DNA of 64,000 nt from Eledone cirrhosa. Its lineage: Eukaryota. This document shows positions 23,775 through 35,998 of the stretch, one piece after another (positions within the stretch are counted from its first letter, which is position 1; each line of letters begins with the position of its first letter). The position numbers were made by a program, and so were the translations under genes. The DNA is taken from contig OZ024740.1 of assembly GCA_964016885.1 (NCBI GenBank), forward strand, positions 356,686,001 through 356,750,000, written 5' to 3'. Below the pieces are notes generated by a model. It was not told the DNA's origin. It saw only the letters and a program-made list of their open reading frames with translations, and did no database searches.

Positions 23775-25039
23775 CTGTGTGTGTATGTATATGTATATAT
23801 GTCTATGTACGCATGTATTTACCTATGTTTGGCTTCCTCAGATTTTCTTCTGTAACCACAGATGAAAGAGAATAAAATTACGAAATATTCTGTGCATCGT
23901 GTCTATTATAAATTCTCTCTGAACAAAGAGTAAATAAATTCGTCAGCTTAAATAAAACAGCGATTAACTTAACAACAGAAGTAATAATGATATTGAATAT
24001 TTCCACGTTTGAAGTCGATAACCTTCGAATGTTTAGGCAAAATACCAAATCTCGTTCCTACTTTTTTGCTTAGCAACAGTTTAATACTTTTTTGAAATAT
24101 AAAGTGTTATAAATGATGTTTTATAATTACACACTCATAAAAGTCCCTTGGGGAAGAATGCATGAGCAACTTCTATAATGTATGCCAGTGCAAGGTAAAC
24201 TGAGAAACTCTCTATATATAAATGTATTAGCACTGCTAACGAAGAAGGCAAAATGGAGGTCGTTTCCTGAATAGCAATTGTATATTTGATGCGTATTGTG
24301 TTGCTTTTCATTGAGACTGGGGTTTAAATTCAAGAACCAGCCCGAATGGCGCAAACTCTATCAACGCCACCTCGTAAATATAATATTTAGAAACAAATAT
24401 CAGTTCGGTAAAATTTTCTGTCGTATTTTGTCCTCTGTAATATCAGTTTATCTGTAAGCAATAGAGTATAGAATAACACATAATCATTCAAGGATTACAA
24501 AATAATCCGACTTCTTTTGGTTTCCGCCATTAAAGATGTTCTTTTTTATGAGTGTAGTAGTGTAATGCAATGGACTTTTCTATATATAAAACTATCTGAT
24601 ATCGTTTCATTAGAAACAATAGTTTGGATGAATATAATAATCAGTTCTATTAATACAATTATAAGCTTTTGCAGTGTTTGCAAATATCTCCATTTATATC
24701 CCGCTGTTAACAAATGTGATTTAACAGGCGGTGTTAATGCTCCCCATTCACTTATACCATCATGTTTAATCCTGTTTCATCCAGTAACTAGTCGTCGTGA
24801 TGCCATATTTTGTAGTTATTGATTTTCTCCTACTTAACCCATTTTACATATAATGACGTCATCGTTGGATTAACGACGACGCCCTGCGGTTTATTTATAT
24901 TTAGGTGGATGTCTACATCTAATGAATTTGAAACTGGGATAATCATCTGTTAATGAAATTGATTAATTTTCCATTATATTTATTGACAATATAACCAACT
25001 ACTGTTTAGCTTTATATTCTCTTTTTATCATATTTTACC

Positions 25040-25084
25040 TATATATATATATATATATATATGATAATAATAATAATAATAATG

Positions 25085-25113
<29 letters not shown>
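25040..25113. repeat. (TA)n + (AAT)n microsatellite at the Tx1 3' junction
   Basis: Direct reading. Confidence 0.95.
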
Positions 25114-25115
<2 letters not shown>

Positions 25116-25360
25116 TTTCTTTATTAACCACAAGGGTTTACATAAAGTAGACATTAAGGACAGTACAGGACAATACAGGGCGGTACAAATGGGAATTTCT
25201 GCGTGTAAAAAAAAACAGAGGATGTAATAAAAAATAACAATGAAAAATTCCCCAATAGGGGGGAGACTTCCGAGGGACATTTGTGGAGAAAGCCCATTAA
25301 AAGGCCACAGTGACCCTGGCCACCAGGGCAAGTGCCCTCTCCCAGTTTTCCACCTTTAAT

Positions 25361-28300
25361 TTAAAGAAACGTACTCAGAGTAGCCCCATTCACTCGGGCC
25401 ATACTTGCTTCGCTCACCCATCTTTCAACAAAATGCTGGGAAGAGAGCACTTCCCTCTCTACCCTGATTTTCCTTTTCAAATGAAATTTGAAAAAGTTAA
25501 TCAGGGCATCACCGAAGAGGTAAGTGCTCGTCTTCAGCCCTTTCAAACGTGTCCACCATACTATCTCTTTCGCCATGGCCACCAGACAGATAAAAACTGC
25601 TTGCCCTTCCCGGCTAAAGGAAGAGGGCGGGGCAATCCTCACAATGGGCTCAGCTGATAGCTGGATCCGTCCTACACGTGACAGCAGGTGTTCGACATAA
25701 ACCCACAAGTCAGCAATACTCGGACACTGGACGAGTGCATGCAGGACGGTTTCGTCGCTCTGTGCGCATCTCGGACATGCCCGGCTGACGGCACCTCCAT
25801 GCCTGTAGAGTTTATCCCGAACTGGCAAAGCTCCTCGGTAGCACTGCCAGGCCAGGGATTTCTGGAAGTTGTCCATAGACCCGGCCCGAAAGTCCTTCCG
25901 AAGAGATTGGCTAGTTGATTTTCGTCGACGCCTAGAGTTTCTCCAAGTACGTCGTCGCTCTTCCCCTCCACTAATCCTCTATAGAACGCCAAGGTGGAGT
26001 TTCCACCGATCACATTGCCCGATTGGTCGAGGGCTGTGAGCGCCTGAAGACATTCCAGTCTCCAAGCGCTCCCTCTTGGTCTTCGCTTGACCCAGGAGTG
26101 CAGCTCCGTCAATGAGACGAGCGGTGGAAAGACGTGTCTAGCAAACGGCGACCACACCTGATCACCATCGAGCAAGAGGTGGAGATGTCGTAGCCTGAGC
26201 GCGTGTGTGCGCATCATCAGCCACAGCATGCCCAGCCCTCCACGTAGCGGGTGTTGACAGCAGATGGACCGCCTGACCATCGGAGCGTGTCCCTTCCACA
26301 AAAAGCGAAAGAGCAAACGCTCCAGCGCAGTCAGGCGGGGCTTAGGACAAGGTACGACGGTCAGGCGGTAGTAGATGACGGACGCGATGTACGCGTTAGC
26401 CACCTCCGCTCGATCTTTCAGGGATAGCTTCCTCTCCCAATACGTACAAGAGGGACGAGAGGGGACATCCTTGGCGGACCGAGCGCATGATGTTGAACGG
26501 TTCCGAAATGTGACCGTTCACTCTCACCACAGAGCAGATGTCGCTGTGCATGGCAGCGATCCAGCCTCTGAAGACGGGCCCAAAGCCAGCCGCCCTCTGG
26601 ACTGCCGCTAGGTAACAATGGTCGACCCTATCGAAAGCTTTCGACTGATCTAAATTGATCAAGGACCCACCCGTGCCAGGTTCCCTAGCTACCCTCTCTA
26701 CGATGTATCGCATGAGGTGGGGGGTTGTCGTGGATGGATCTGTCGGGAATGGCGCATGTCTGTGCCTCTCCCACCATACCACTAACGACAAGCCCAACCT
26801 CTTTGCTAGCACCTTGGCCAAAATCTTGAACTCTGTGTCTAGCAGAGTTATAGGCCTGAAATTATCTATGTTATCCCCCTTTTTCGGATCCTTTCTCAGC
26901 AGCGCCACCGCTCCTCGGCTCACAGAGCTGGGAATTCTCCCGTTCTGTTGCCAGTTGCAGTAGACGTCCGTCAAGAGGCATCCGAACAAGTCTGGCATCT
27001 GTACGTAAAGTTCATAGGGCAGACCATCCAAACCAGGCGATTTACCCCTTGTGCAGCCAGTCATTGCCTCCCGTACTTCAGCGGCTGTTATCGGCTTTTC
27101 GCAACACTCCCCCTCAGTGGCCGAGAGCTGCGGTAGTCCGTCGAGGTAAACACTAAAGTCCACCCCTCGATCCGGCCCACCGCTGCCCCCGAACAGCTGT
27201 GCGAAGTGTCGTTGAAAAGCTTCACACATTTTCCCGGGATCGAGTAGCATGCACCCGTCGTGATCCACCAAAGACCGGATCGTGGCTTTGTTGCCACGAC
27301 GCGCCTCCGCCACTCGGGCTAATTGAACGGCTTTCGTCCCCTCGTGTCTGAGAGCACGCACCCTAGCTCTGACAACGCAGCCTTCGTGCTTTGCATTGAA
27401 GAATTGGTCAAGGGCCAATTTCGCCGCAAGTACGTCGGTCGCGATGCCTTTGCTAAGCGCCTCGTCTAATTTTCTAACTAATTCTCCCTCTGCTCTATTT
27501 TTCTCTATTGCTAAAGCCTTACTAAACCTAATGAACTCTATTCTAATTGCTCTTTTCAGAGCAAACCACCACTTGTTGTTGACGATGGCCCCCGTCAACT
27601 AGTTCGCTAATCTGGTCACTGGTAAGGACGCGTTTAGCTTCCAGTAGCCGGGTCCTCGTCTATGAAGCCTATCTAAGTCAAGCACACAGATCACGAATTT
27701 GTGGTCCGTGTAGCTGACTATCTTGAATTGTGGACAGCCTATGCTAGACCTATCTATTTCCCTACAAATTACTCTATCTAGATATGATCTGGATGAACCT
27801 ATTTGATTTGTCCACATTGGCACATTCGGGAAATACAATCGGTACCTGTCAGACAGTTCAAAACGCCTGAGCAGGTTGGTGAGACTCTTGCACCCTCCTC
27901 CCCTATCCACTAATCCCACACAGTCCCAGCGTGCATATAAGATCCCGTTCCAGTCGCCCACTAACACTAAAGAGCGGGACGTTCCAAGAAAGGTCTCCAG
28001 ACGCCGGAAGAAATCAGGCCGCCCTGCTCCGGTCGGAGCATAGATGGCCACTAACCTGAAAGCTTTCCCGTCTCCGCTGGTCACGTCCAGCACCACCAAC
28101 TTACCTTCTAGGTCCAGGAAGATGGCCCGTATGGCGAGATCCAAACCTCTCCGAAAAAGCACAGCAACTCCTCCCCCCGATCCAGGACGGCTGGGAGATG
28201 CGTACACATCGTAGCCGCCGAAGATCGGTGCGAAGGCCCGTGCTCCGGAGATTCTGGTCTCGCTGGCCACTACATCATTGTTTAGTGACCTGAGGTCGTT

Positions 28301-28372
28301 GAGCAGGTGGCCCTGCTTCCATGACGACCCCAAGCCACGCGCATTTATGCTGCCTATTCTGAATGAGGTCAT
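25361..28372 (-). pseudogene. Tx1 ORF2 (APE endonuclease - RT - zf-RVT), with frameshifts and an internal deletion
   Basis: GSINARGL, VGDWN, SYLDR, TDHK, YWKLN, KSPGLDG, FRPITLLD, LDQSKAFDRVDH and RQGCPLS are present. The YxDD region appears deleted near 26420. Pieces: 27599-28372, 26396-27598, 25672-26403, 25361-25876. Confidence 0.88.
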
Positions 28373-28406
28373 GTTGAAATGGAGTGGAAAATGTGGGAAA
28401 AACCAC

Positions 28407-30348
28407 TTACCTTACTTCTCGTAGAGGAAGGACGGTTTCTCCATCATTTTCACTGCTTGTGGCCTCCTCAGGAAGAATGTCCTTATAAATCCCCCTGGAG
28501 AGTGCTTGTCGGAAGTCTCCGATGTCATTGGGGAATTTTTGTTTTAGTGTCGTGTACGTTTTCTGTGTGATGCGAGTGATTTGTATGTGTGGAGGTGGTG
28601 TGAACGTTTGGGTTGTTGTGTAGTCTTTTTCTGTGATGCTGTTGTTGTGTTGGATGTAGTGTAATAATAGGTTGTTGTTCAAATTTAAGGCTGTGTAGTG
28701 TGTATCGTTTTGGTTGTTTTGTTTTGTTTGCGTTTGTTGTGGGTTTGTTTCTGTTTCGCATTTTGGTGACTTTTGTGGTGTAGGTGATGGTGGTGTTGGG
28801 GTTAATGATGGTGATGGTGTTGGTGTTTGGGGTGATGGGGTTGGTGATGCTGGTGTGGATGGTGGCATGTCTGTCCTGACTTTTTTGTTTGATAGTTTAC
28901 TTGTTTCCCTCTGTATTTTGTTTTTGGAGGGGGAAGGAAGAGAGTTTTTTTCTTTTTTGGTTTCTTTTTTTCTTTTTTCCTGATACCGTTTCCCACTCCT
29001 CGTCGTCACAATCTGTCTCCAGTTGTGATAGGCCGCGGAGTGGAAAATCCTCCACAGACGTTAGTTTTGGTTGTGGCGTGGTGGATGGTGTAGGCGCTGG
29101 AGCTAGTTCTGGCGCGTTGGGTGGTGGTGGTGTGGGTTTTGCTACTGTTGCTGGGGTTGTTGCTGTTACAGTTTCTTCTGTTGTTGCTGCTACAGTTGTT
29201 GCTGCCATCTCTGCTGCTGGTGGTGTTGATGGTTGAGTCACTGGGGTGGGTAGGAGAGGTGGCCTCAACCTTTTAGCCTGAGGGCTGAAAGCCCTTAGGT
29301 GGGTTTCTTCACCACAAACGAAACACCTAGGCCTTCTACCCTCGACAATTACGGTGAGGTGGCTGCCGCCAGTGAGGTCTATTACCTCTGGGAACTCCTC
29401 AATGCTTTTTTGGTCCGCTTGGATCAGGAGCTCCATCCCAGATCCGGACCAGTTCTCCTGCTTTTCTTTCGCTATTTCTATTATCTTGGTGTTGGCTTCG
29501 ATGCCGGCGAGGACGGCAGCTATTAGCCAGGGAATTTCGATGGCCGGTGGAACGTGGGTGACCCTGATCTTTACGAGTCTCTGGCCACAATAGCGTGAAG
29601 TCGTCACTTCTTAATGGGGCCATGGAGTGTTCTCTAGCCTCCTGTGGTGTTTCAAAGAACATGTCCACGGTTCCATACTTCTGCCCACGTCTGATGTGGG
29701 TTTTTCTTGCCTACACATGTCCCAAAGCTTTTTGGATTTGAGACTCGGATGCCCGTTCCACTCGGCGCGATTTTATATTAATTGTTCGATAAGACACGGT
29801 GCATAGGCGCCGATGCTCCATTTTATTAGGAGTGGGGGTGGTGAGGCTGACCCTGTACCCATCTTTCTTTACCATTTTTTTGGCTACTTCTAATTCCTCC
29901 TGAGTTACCTGAAATGCTTCGCACTGTTTTGCTACTCTGGCAAAACTCAGAGTGGTTTTCTTAATTTCATTGTTGCTGTTGTTGGTATCGTTATTTTTCT
30001 TATTATTAATTTTAGTTTCAGTTGTGGTGGTGGTGGCGTCAGTGGTGTTCGGTGTGGAAGAGTTCATTTTCGTTGAATTCATTTCGATATCACGAGTTAA
30101 TTTATTTTTTCTTTTGTTTCTGTTGTCGTGGTGATGATGGGGGGGGGGGTTGTCGCGGTGGTGGTGGTGGTGGCGGCTTTAACACCTGCAGTAATTGGTA
30201 ATGGCGAGAAATGAATGTCTGCCTGAGACAAATTTAAAATATTGCTACTGCTTATATTTTTAGTGTTGGCAAACGTAGTAATATCTACAATGGTGGTGTC
30301 GGTGTGAGGTGTTAGTTTGTGAGAAAGGAGTAACTCTGAGTCAGCCAT
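28407..30348 (-). pseudogene. Tx1 ORF1 (gag-like), fragmented
   Basis: Consecutive minus-strand fragments 30097-30348, 29711-30082, 29399-29668, 28897-29607 and 28407-29009, with a zinc-knuckle remnant and Thr/Pro-rich tracts. Confidence 0.7.
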
Positions 30349-30560
30349 GATGTTTCAAAGAAAAATGTTTGTTTGATAATTATAAAAGTTAAAATTTTGG
30401 CTCAAGGCCCCAATCTTTTTGGGTGTCCTTTTCAGATAACAATGTATGTGCACTTATATATAGTTAACAATAAAATTTTCCATGAATGGCAATTTTGAAC
30501 AACTGAAAATAACAAACCTTTGCGGAGCTCACGATGATACGATTTACTACGTAGGTCACA

Positions 30561-30595
<35 letters not shown>
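30561..30595. repeat. (AAT)n shared by the 5' ends of Tx1 (minus) and Dong-A copy 1 (plus)
   Basis: About 11 AAT units separating two divergently oriented LINEs. Confidence 0.95.
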
Positions 30596-30598
<3 letters not shown>

Positions 30599-33500
30599 CC
30601 GGGATGGCGGCCGGCGGGGAATAGCCATGTCTCTAGGGGAGAACGACCCCTCTAGTCTTGGTTGACACTCGTTCTAGAAGTGGTAACACGAAAAGATTAC
30701 CCCTTGGCGGATAAGGATAAAACGCGACAAAATAAAGTAGATGTCTAATGATGAAATCTCATACCGGATCGGCCGTCACCCGGGTAAAAAAGGGCCGCGT
30801 CCCTCAGAGAGGAACCAGACTGGGGTCGAAAAATCAGCTAATGGTTCAAACCTTCCCATCACTTCGGAGCTGGAGACCTCCCATAACCGGAATACTCCTA
30901 CTGTTGGCCCTCCATGCTCACCACCAAGAAATCCAAAGAAAAAGAGAGAAAAATGGTCAAGGGAAGATAATAAAGAAGTCCTTGAGGCTTTCTACACTGC
31001 CATGTACTACCCATCAAATACATCGAATACAGAGCAAACATATATCAACTGGAAAAAGAAACATCCCGAAAACAGAGGCTATATTGACAGTAACAAACTA
31101 GCCAATATACGAAGAAATATTGTAAGAAAAAAGTTACTAACTGATATAGAAATTGATCAGATCAAGCTAGTAGCACAAAGTCAGCGAAGGGAAAATGAAG
31201 CATGTGTCAGTGAAAACGAGGTAAACTGTAACACTTCGAATCCCAGAGTTGGGGCGGAATCACTGGCAACAGAACAAATTAAAGAAAGGAGCGAAAAAGT
31301 GGAGGGAGTGCATGCTCAGGATGAAACTCCAAATGAAAATAATGATATCGTAAATGATAAAGAAATGAATGAGAATGAACTTGCCAACTTGAAGGATGAA
31401 ATTATGATCGAATGGATGAAAATGAAAGAATCTGACATGGGGGAACGAGACACCCTCCCTAAGATCCAGAACTCCAAACAGAACCAAAAGATAATACACA
31501 AGACAAACATAATTCTCAAAAACATTATCATCACAAACAAACTAAGCATTACTGACTTAAATCATCTCTATTATGCATCGGCTAAAGTCACCACTCACTT
31601 ATGTGGAGTGAAGATGAAAAAACAAAGGAATTCCCACAAGAAATCTACTTGGCAAGATAACATCAATCGCCAAATAAACCTTCTCCGATCTGACATAGAA
31701 ATTTTAACAAACTATAAAGTAGGTGAACATGTTAAACAAACTAAACTTAGAAAATTGAAAAAAAAGTACAGTATAAGATCAACATGTGACATAGACATGC
31801 TGATAGAAACAATCAAGCAAAAAGTGTCGGCCAAAGCTGCTCGTATAAGGCGCTTTGAAAAACGATCTAGATTCTATAAGGACAATAATATGTTCAAAAA
31901 CAACCAAAGAAACTTCTACAGAAAAATTGGTAAGTCAACAATAACTGCTAAATCAATACCACCCAAGGAGGAAGTGCAAGAATTCTGGGAAAAGATCTGG
32001 GCCGAAGAAAAAGTTCATAACATACATGCCCCATGGATAGACAGACAAATGAAAGAAACAGCTCACCTTGAAGAACAAACATGGGAAAATATAACAGTTG
32101 AACAGCTGCGCTTGGCTCTAAGAAAAACCAGCAAATGGAAATCCCCAGGAAAAGACAAAATACAAAACTTTTGGATAAATGCCTTCACAGAGTCTCATGA
32201 GCTGTTAGCCCAACTTTACAATGAAATAGTTAAGGAGCCAGAAAAGATACCATCATGGCTAGTTGACGGCATTACATTCCTGCTACCGAAGAATGATGGG
32301 ACAAACAATCCCAAAAATTACAGACCGATAACCTGCTTGACCACAATGTATAAAATTTTAACATCAGTCCTAACTGAATACACATATGACCACCTGATAA
32401 CAAATGACCTATTTCCCATTGAGCAGAAAGGGTGTAAACGAGGCTCATATGGCTGTAAGGATCAGCTTCTGGTTAACAAAATGATACTGGAAGATTGTCA
32501 TAATAGACACAAAAATCTATCGATTGCTTGGATAGATTATAAAAAAGCATTTGATAGTTTTCCACACAGTTGGATTGAAAAATGTTTAGAGATTTTCAAA
32601 ATATCCCCCGTTATCAGGAGGTTTTTGTCATTCAGTATGAGGACATCGAGAACGACACTCCTTTTGAATAGTGAAACAAAATCACTGGAAGCTGGAGAAG
32701 TTAACATTAATTGTGGAATTTTTCAGGGTGACTCTTTATCACCGCTTTTATTCTGCATCGCACTTATACCATTAAGTAAAATGCTCAATGAAACAAAACA
32801 TGGATATAGAGTCTATGACAAAACCATTAATCACCTGTTCTACATGGATGACCTGAAACTATTTGCAAAAAATGATGAACAATTGCAAGGGCTATTATCC
32901 ACTGTGAAGCAGTTCAGTGATGACATTAAAATGGAGTTTGGACTGGATAAATGCGCCAAAGCAACGTTCACCAGAGGAAAGCTGCTGAAGAGTTCAGACA
33001 TTAATCTTGATCGGGGGAACGTGATAAGAGAGCTTGATCAAGAACAAACTTACAAATATCTAGGTGTTTGTGAAGGAGACGGAATCAAGCACTCGACAAT
33101 GAGGGAAAGGATAAGGAAGGAATGTTACCGCAGAGTCAGAGCAATCTTAAGAACGGAATTGAATGCAAGGAATAGGATCGATGCCATAAACACGCTTGCC
33201 ATACCAGTAGTAACCTACAGTTACAATGTCATCAACTGGTCAAGCACAGAGATCCGTAGGCTCGATACAAAAATCCGAAAATTCTTAACCATGCACAGAA
33301 TGCATCACCCTAAGGCAGACATAGATAGAATATATCTCCCTAGGAAAGAAGGAGGACGTGGGTTAATCCAGTTAGACATTGCGTTGAAAACTGCAACAAT
33401 TGGATTATCCACATATCTAAGGGAATCACATGATTGGATGATCAAACTCGTTTTGAAACACGAAAGCACCAAAAGATCATATTCCATTACAAAAGATGCA

Positions 33501-34559
33501 CAAAGATACAGTAATGGACTACAAATTTCAGAAGTCCCATTTACTGATGCAATGGAAAACACTGAAAAAGTAAAGCAGGTAAAAGTAACTGCAAAGAAAG
33601 AACTGCTACAGAAACTGGCTAAGAAATGGCAAGAAAAGCCTCTGTATGGAAAATACCCAGAGCGAGCTAACAATCCTGATGTTGACAAAACTTTAACCCA
33701 TCAGTGGTTGGCATCCTCTGGACTGAAATCGGAGACTGAAGGACTGATTATATCCGCACAAGATCAGTGTCTGCCAACAAAAAATTACCAAGCCAACATA
33801 ATAAAAAATGGGTGCAGCCCATTATGCCGTGTATGCAAAAAACAACCAGAGACCATTGACCATATAATTTCAATGTGCAGTCCTATAGCTCCAACCGAAT
33901 ACCTAAACAGGCATGACAGAGCTGCACAATACATACATTGGATAATGTGCAAGCATATTGACCTGCCACATCAAAAGAATTGGTGGGAGCATCAACCACC
34001 TCCCATACTTGAAAAAGATCACATCTCAATCTTGTGGAACTTTAGCATCCAAACAGACCGAAAAATAGATGCAAATAGACCTGATATAATATTGAAGGAC
34101 TTTCAAAGGAGGGTATGCCTGCTAATTGATATGTCTGTTCCAATAGACAAGAATGTATCTATAAAAACATTTGAAAAATTGAGCAAGTATAAGGACCTGG
34201 AGATAGAAATTGGAAAAATGTGGAAATTGAGAACTAAAACAATACCAGTGGTTGTAGGCGCTCTGGGAATGATACCTAAGGGGTCTAACGACTACTTATC
34301 GCAAATCCCAGGAAACCCGCGTATAGGAGAAATACAAAAGATAGTACTAATGGGAACTGCCCATATACTAAGGAAGATCCTGTCAATATAAGTACATCAC
34401 AAGTCTAAACACTAAGGATGCATGTGTGAATATGTGTGTTCTTTCTTGAACATGGCGGACCTTGTTGTCTCTTGAGGTCACTGGTTGTGACTTGGTGATA
34501 ACTCGTATAAACATAAAGCAAGATAAATGCAAATAATAATAATAATAATAATAATAATG
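30596..34559 (+). mobile_element. R4/Dong-clade RLE LINE, family A, copy 1 (apparently complete)
   Basis: 5' UTR 30596-30740, a single ORF, 3' UTR 34392-34531 and an (AAT)n tail. (AAT)n lies at both ends, matching known Dong targeting of TAA repeats. Confidence 0.93.
30741..34391 (+). CDS. Intact 1216-aa retrotransposon protein: RT + CCHC finger + PD-(D/E)xK restriction-like endonuclease
   Basis: N-terminal KWSREDN..FY motif, WKSPGKD, YRPITCL, IDYKKAFDS, IFQGDSLSP, FYMDD, CRVC-x8-H-x4-C and RPDII..IDMSVP..K..KY. Confidence 0.93.
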   Translation: MSNDEISYRIGRHPGKKGPRPSERNQTGVEKSANGSNLPITSELETSHNRNTPTVGPPCSPPRNPKKKREKWSREDNKEVLEAFYTAMYYPSNTSNTEQTYINWKKKHPENRGYIDSNKLANIRRNIVRKKLLTDIEIDQIKLVAQSQRRENEACVSENEVNCNTSNPRVGAESLATEQIKERSEKVEGVHAQDETPNENNDIVNDKEMNENELANLKDEIMIEWMKMKESDMGERDTLPKIQNSKQNQKIIHKTNIILKNIIITNKLSITDLNHLYYASAKVTTHLCGVKMKKQRNSHKKSTWQDNINRQINLLRSDIEILTNYKVGEHVKQTKLRKLKKKYSIRSTCDIDMLIETIKQKVSAKAARIRRFEKRSRFYKDNNMFKNNQRNFYRKIGKSTITAKSIPPKEEVQEFWEKIWAEEKVHNIHAPWIDRQMKETAHLEEQTWENITVEQLRLALRKTSKWKSPGKDKIQNFWINAFTESHELLAQLYNEIVKEPEKIPSWLVDGITFLLPKNDGTNNPKNYRPITCLTTMYKILTSVLTEYTYDHLITNDLFPIEQKGCKRGSYGCKDQLLVNKMILEDCHNRHKNLSIAWIDYKKAFDSFPHSWIEKCLEIFKISPVIRRFLSFSMRTSRTTLLLNSETKSLEAGEVNINCGIFQGDSLSPLLFCIALIPLSKMLNETKHGYRVYDKTINHLFYMDDLKLFAKNDEQLQGLLSTVKQFSDDIKMEFGLDKCAKATFTRGKLLKSSDINLDRGNVIRELDQEQTYKYLGVCEGDGIKHSTMRERIRKECYRRVRAILRTELNARNRIDAINTLAIPVVTYSYNVINWSSTEIRRLDTKIRKFLTMHRMHHPKADIDRIYLPRKEGGRGLIQLDIALKTATIGLSTYLRESHDWMIKLVLKHESTKRSYSITKDAQRYSNGLQISEVPFTDAMENTEKVKQVKVTAKKELLQKLAKKWQEKPLYGKYPERANNPDVDKTLTHQWLASSGLKSETEGLIISAQDQCLPTKNYQANIIKNGCSPLCRVCKKQPETIDHIISMCSPIAPTEYLNRHDRAAQYIHWIMCKHIDLPHQKNWWEHQPPPILEKDHISILWNFSIQTDRKIDANRPDIILKDFQRRVCLLIDMSVPIDKNVSIKTFEKLSKYKDLEIEIGKMWKLRTKTIPVVVGALGMIPKGSNDYLSQIPGNPRIGEIQKIVLMGTAHILRKILSI

Positions 34560-34792
34560 ATTTCTTTATTGGCCACAAGGGCTGACATCAAGAAAAACAT
34601 CACAGACGGAACAGGACGGTACGATGTGGGTTTTGTGCGTGGAAATATTTTTATTATTTATATAAGAAAAGAAAAAAAAGACATAAAACATATATATATA
34701 TAAATAATAAAATGAAAATTGAAACAATGAAAAATTCCCCAATAGGGGGGGGGGGGACCTCCGAGGGTTACTCGTGGCGAAAACCACACAAA
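34560..34792 (-). mobile_element. 5'-truncated Tx1 3'-UTR copy inserted in the (AAT)n tail of Dong-A copy 1
   Basis: tttctttattggccacaaggg and aatgaaaaattccccaatagggggg..ccgaggg match 25116-25280. AAT repeats flank both sides. Confidence 0.8.
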
Positions 34793-34808
34793 ATAATAAT
34801 AATAATAA

Positions 34809-34839
<31 letters not shown>

Positions 34840-34923
34840 AAGAAGAAGAAGAAGAAGAAGAAGAAGAAGAAGAAGAAGAAGAAGAAGAAGAAGAAGAAGA
34901 AGAAGAAGAAGAAGAAGAAGAAG
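34793..34923. repeat. (AAT)n-(AAG)n compound microsatellite
   Basis: About 6 AAT followed by about 37 AAG units. Confidence 0.95.
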
Positions 34924-35998
34924 GGAAGAAGACGCACGAGATGGTAGAAGGTCATGAAATCGCTTCCGTAAGTTTTTGATTTTTAACATATTTAAATCAA
35001 TTGTGAAATAACAATTCTTAGTACAAATAATGCATAAACCACCGAATCAAGTCTCATAAAATTTCGGATCCATAATATATTGTTATATCGCTCAAATATT
35101 CAATTTTGTATTATATATTTTATATTCAAAAACGAAAATGGTTATAAATGGAAGAAAACTCCCTCTGTCTACACTATATAGAACAGCCAAATAACAGCAG
35201 TTTCACCAACACCAGAAACTTGATACACCACCAACCCCATCACCCCGCTGTGTACACTAAATATAACAGCCAGATAACGGCAATTTCACCACCACCACCA
35301 CCAATCCCAGCATCATAATAATAATTACTATTATTATTGTCTCAAGTTTTAACAAAATATTTAATTCCAATTTTATGGGAATATCTCAACGCATATATTA
35401 AACATACGCGACACAAACGCATAGTTACTACAGATCAAATAAAACTAGTCTATTCGACACAGATATTAAACATACGCGACACAAACGCATAGATACTACA
35501 TATCAAAAAAAAAACTCAATAACGACAACGCCAACGCCGCCACCACTCCATCCATCATTGCTACCACTACCCCATCACCGCCGCACCACTCCGTCATTGC
35601 TACCAACACTATTCCCCTGTTAACTTAAGTAAGGGGAAGGTGGCGGTATCACTAGACAAGGGAGAGGCTAGCAAAAGATATAAATAGATTGACTTAGTGA
35701 CCTGGCCACCGGCCAAACGTCAACAACTATGGCACTGCTGGCTCCCCCCTTCCTCACCAACAATATAAAAAGCCCCAGCACCACCACCGACATAGCCAAC
35801 AACAATAACAGGCAACTACAGCAAAAAGTGTATTATATTATTGTAATGCACTGGGTGATTGCTGGCCTTGTGCCTGGAGTGGAAACAATTATTATTATTA
35901 ATAATTTCATTCTTAAGCCACGCAATGCTCACATTAAGGAACCACTCATGATAATAACAATTTAAACAAAAAAACAAAAAAGAAAACCCCGTGACCAA

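Larger units (their letters stand above)
25114..30560 (-). mobile_element. Full-length L1/Tx1-clade LINE (ORF1 + ORF2), decayed, flanked by (TTA)n on both sides
   Basis: ORF1 has a low-complexity region and a zinc knuckle (CFVCGEETHLRAFSP). ORF2 has APE, RT and a C-terminal CPRC..H...C. The 3' end reads aataaagaaatc-(att)n. Confidence 0.92.
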
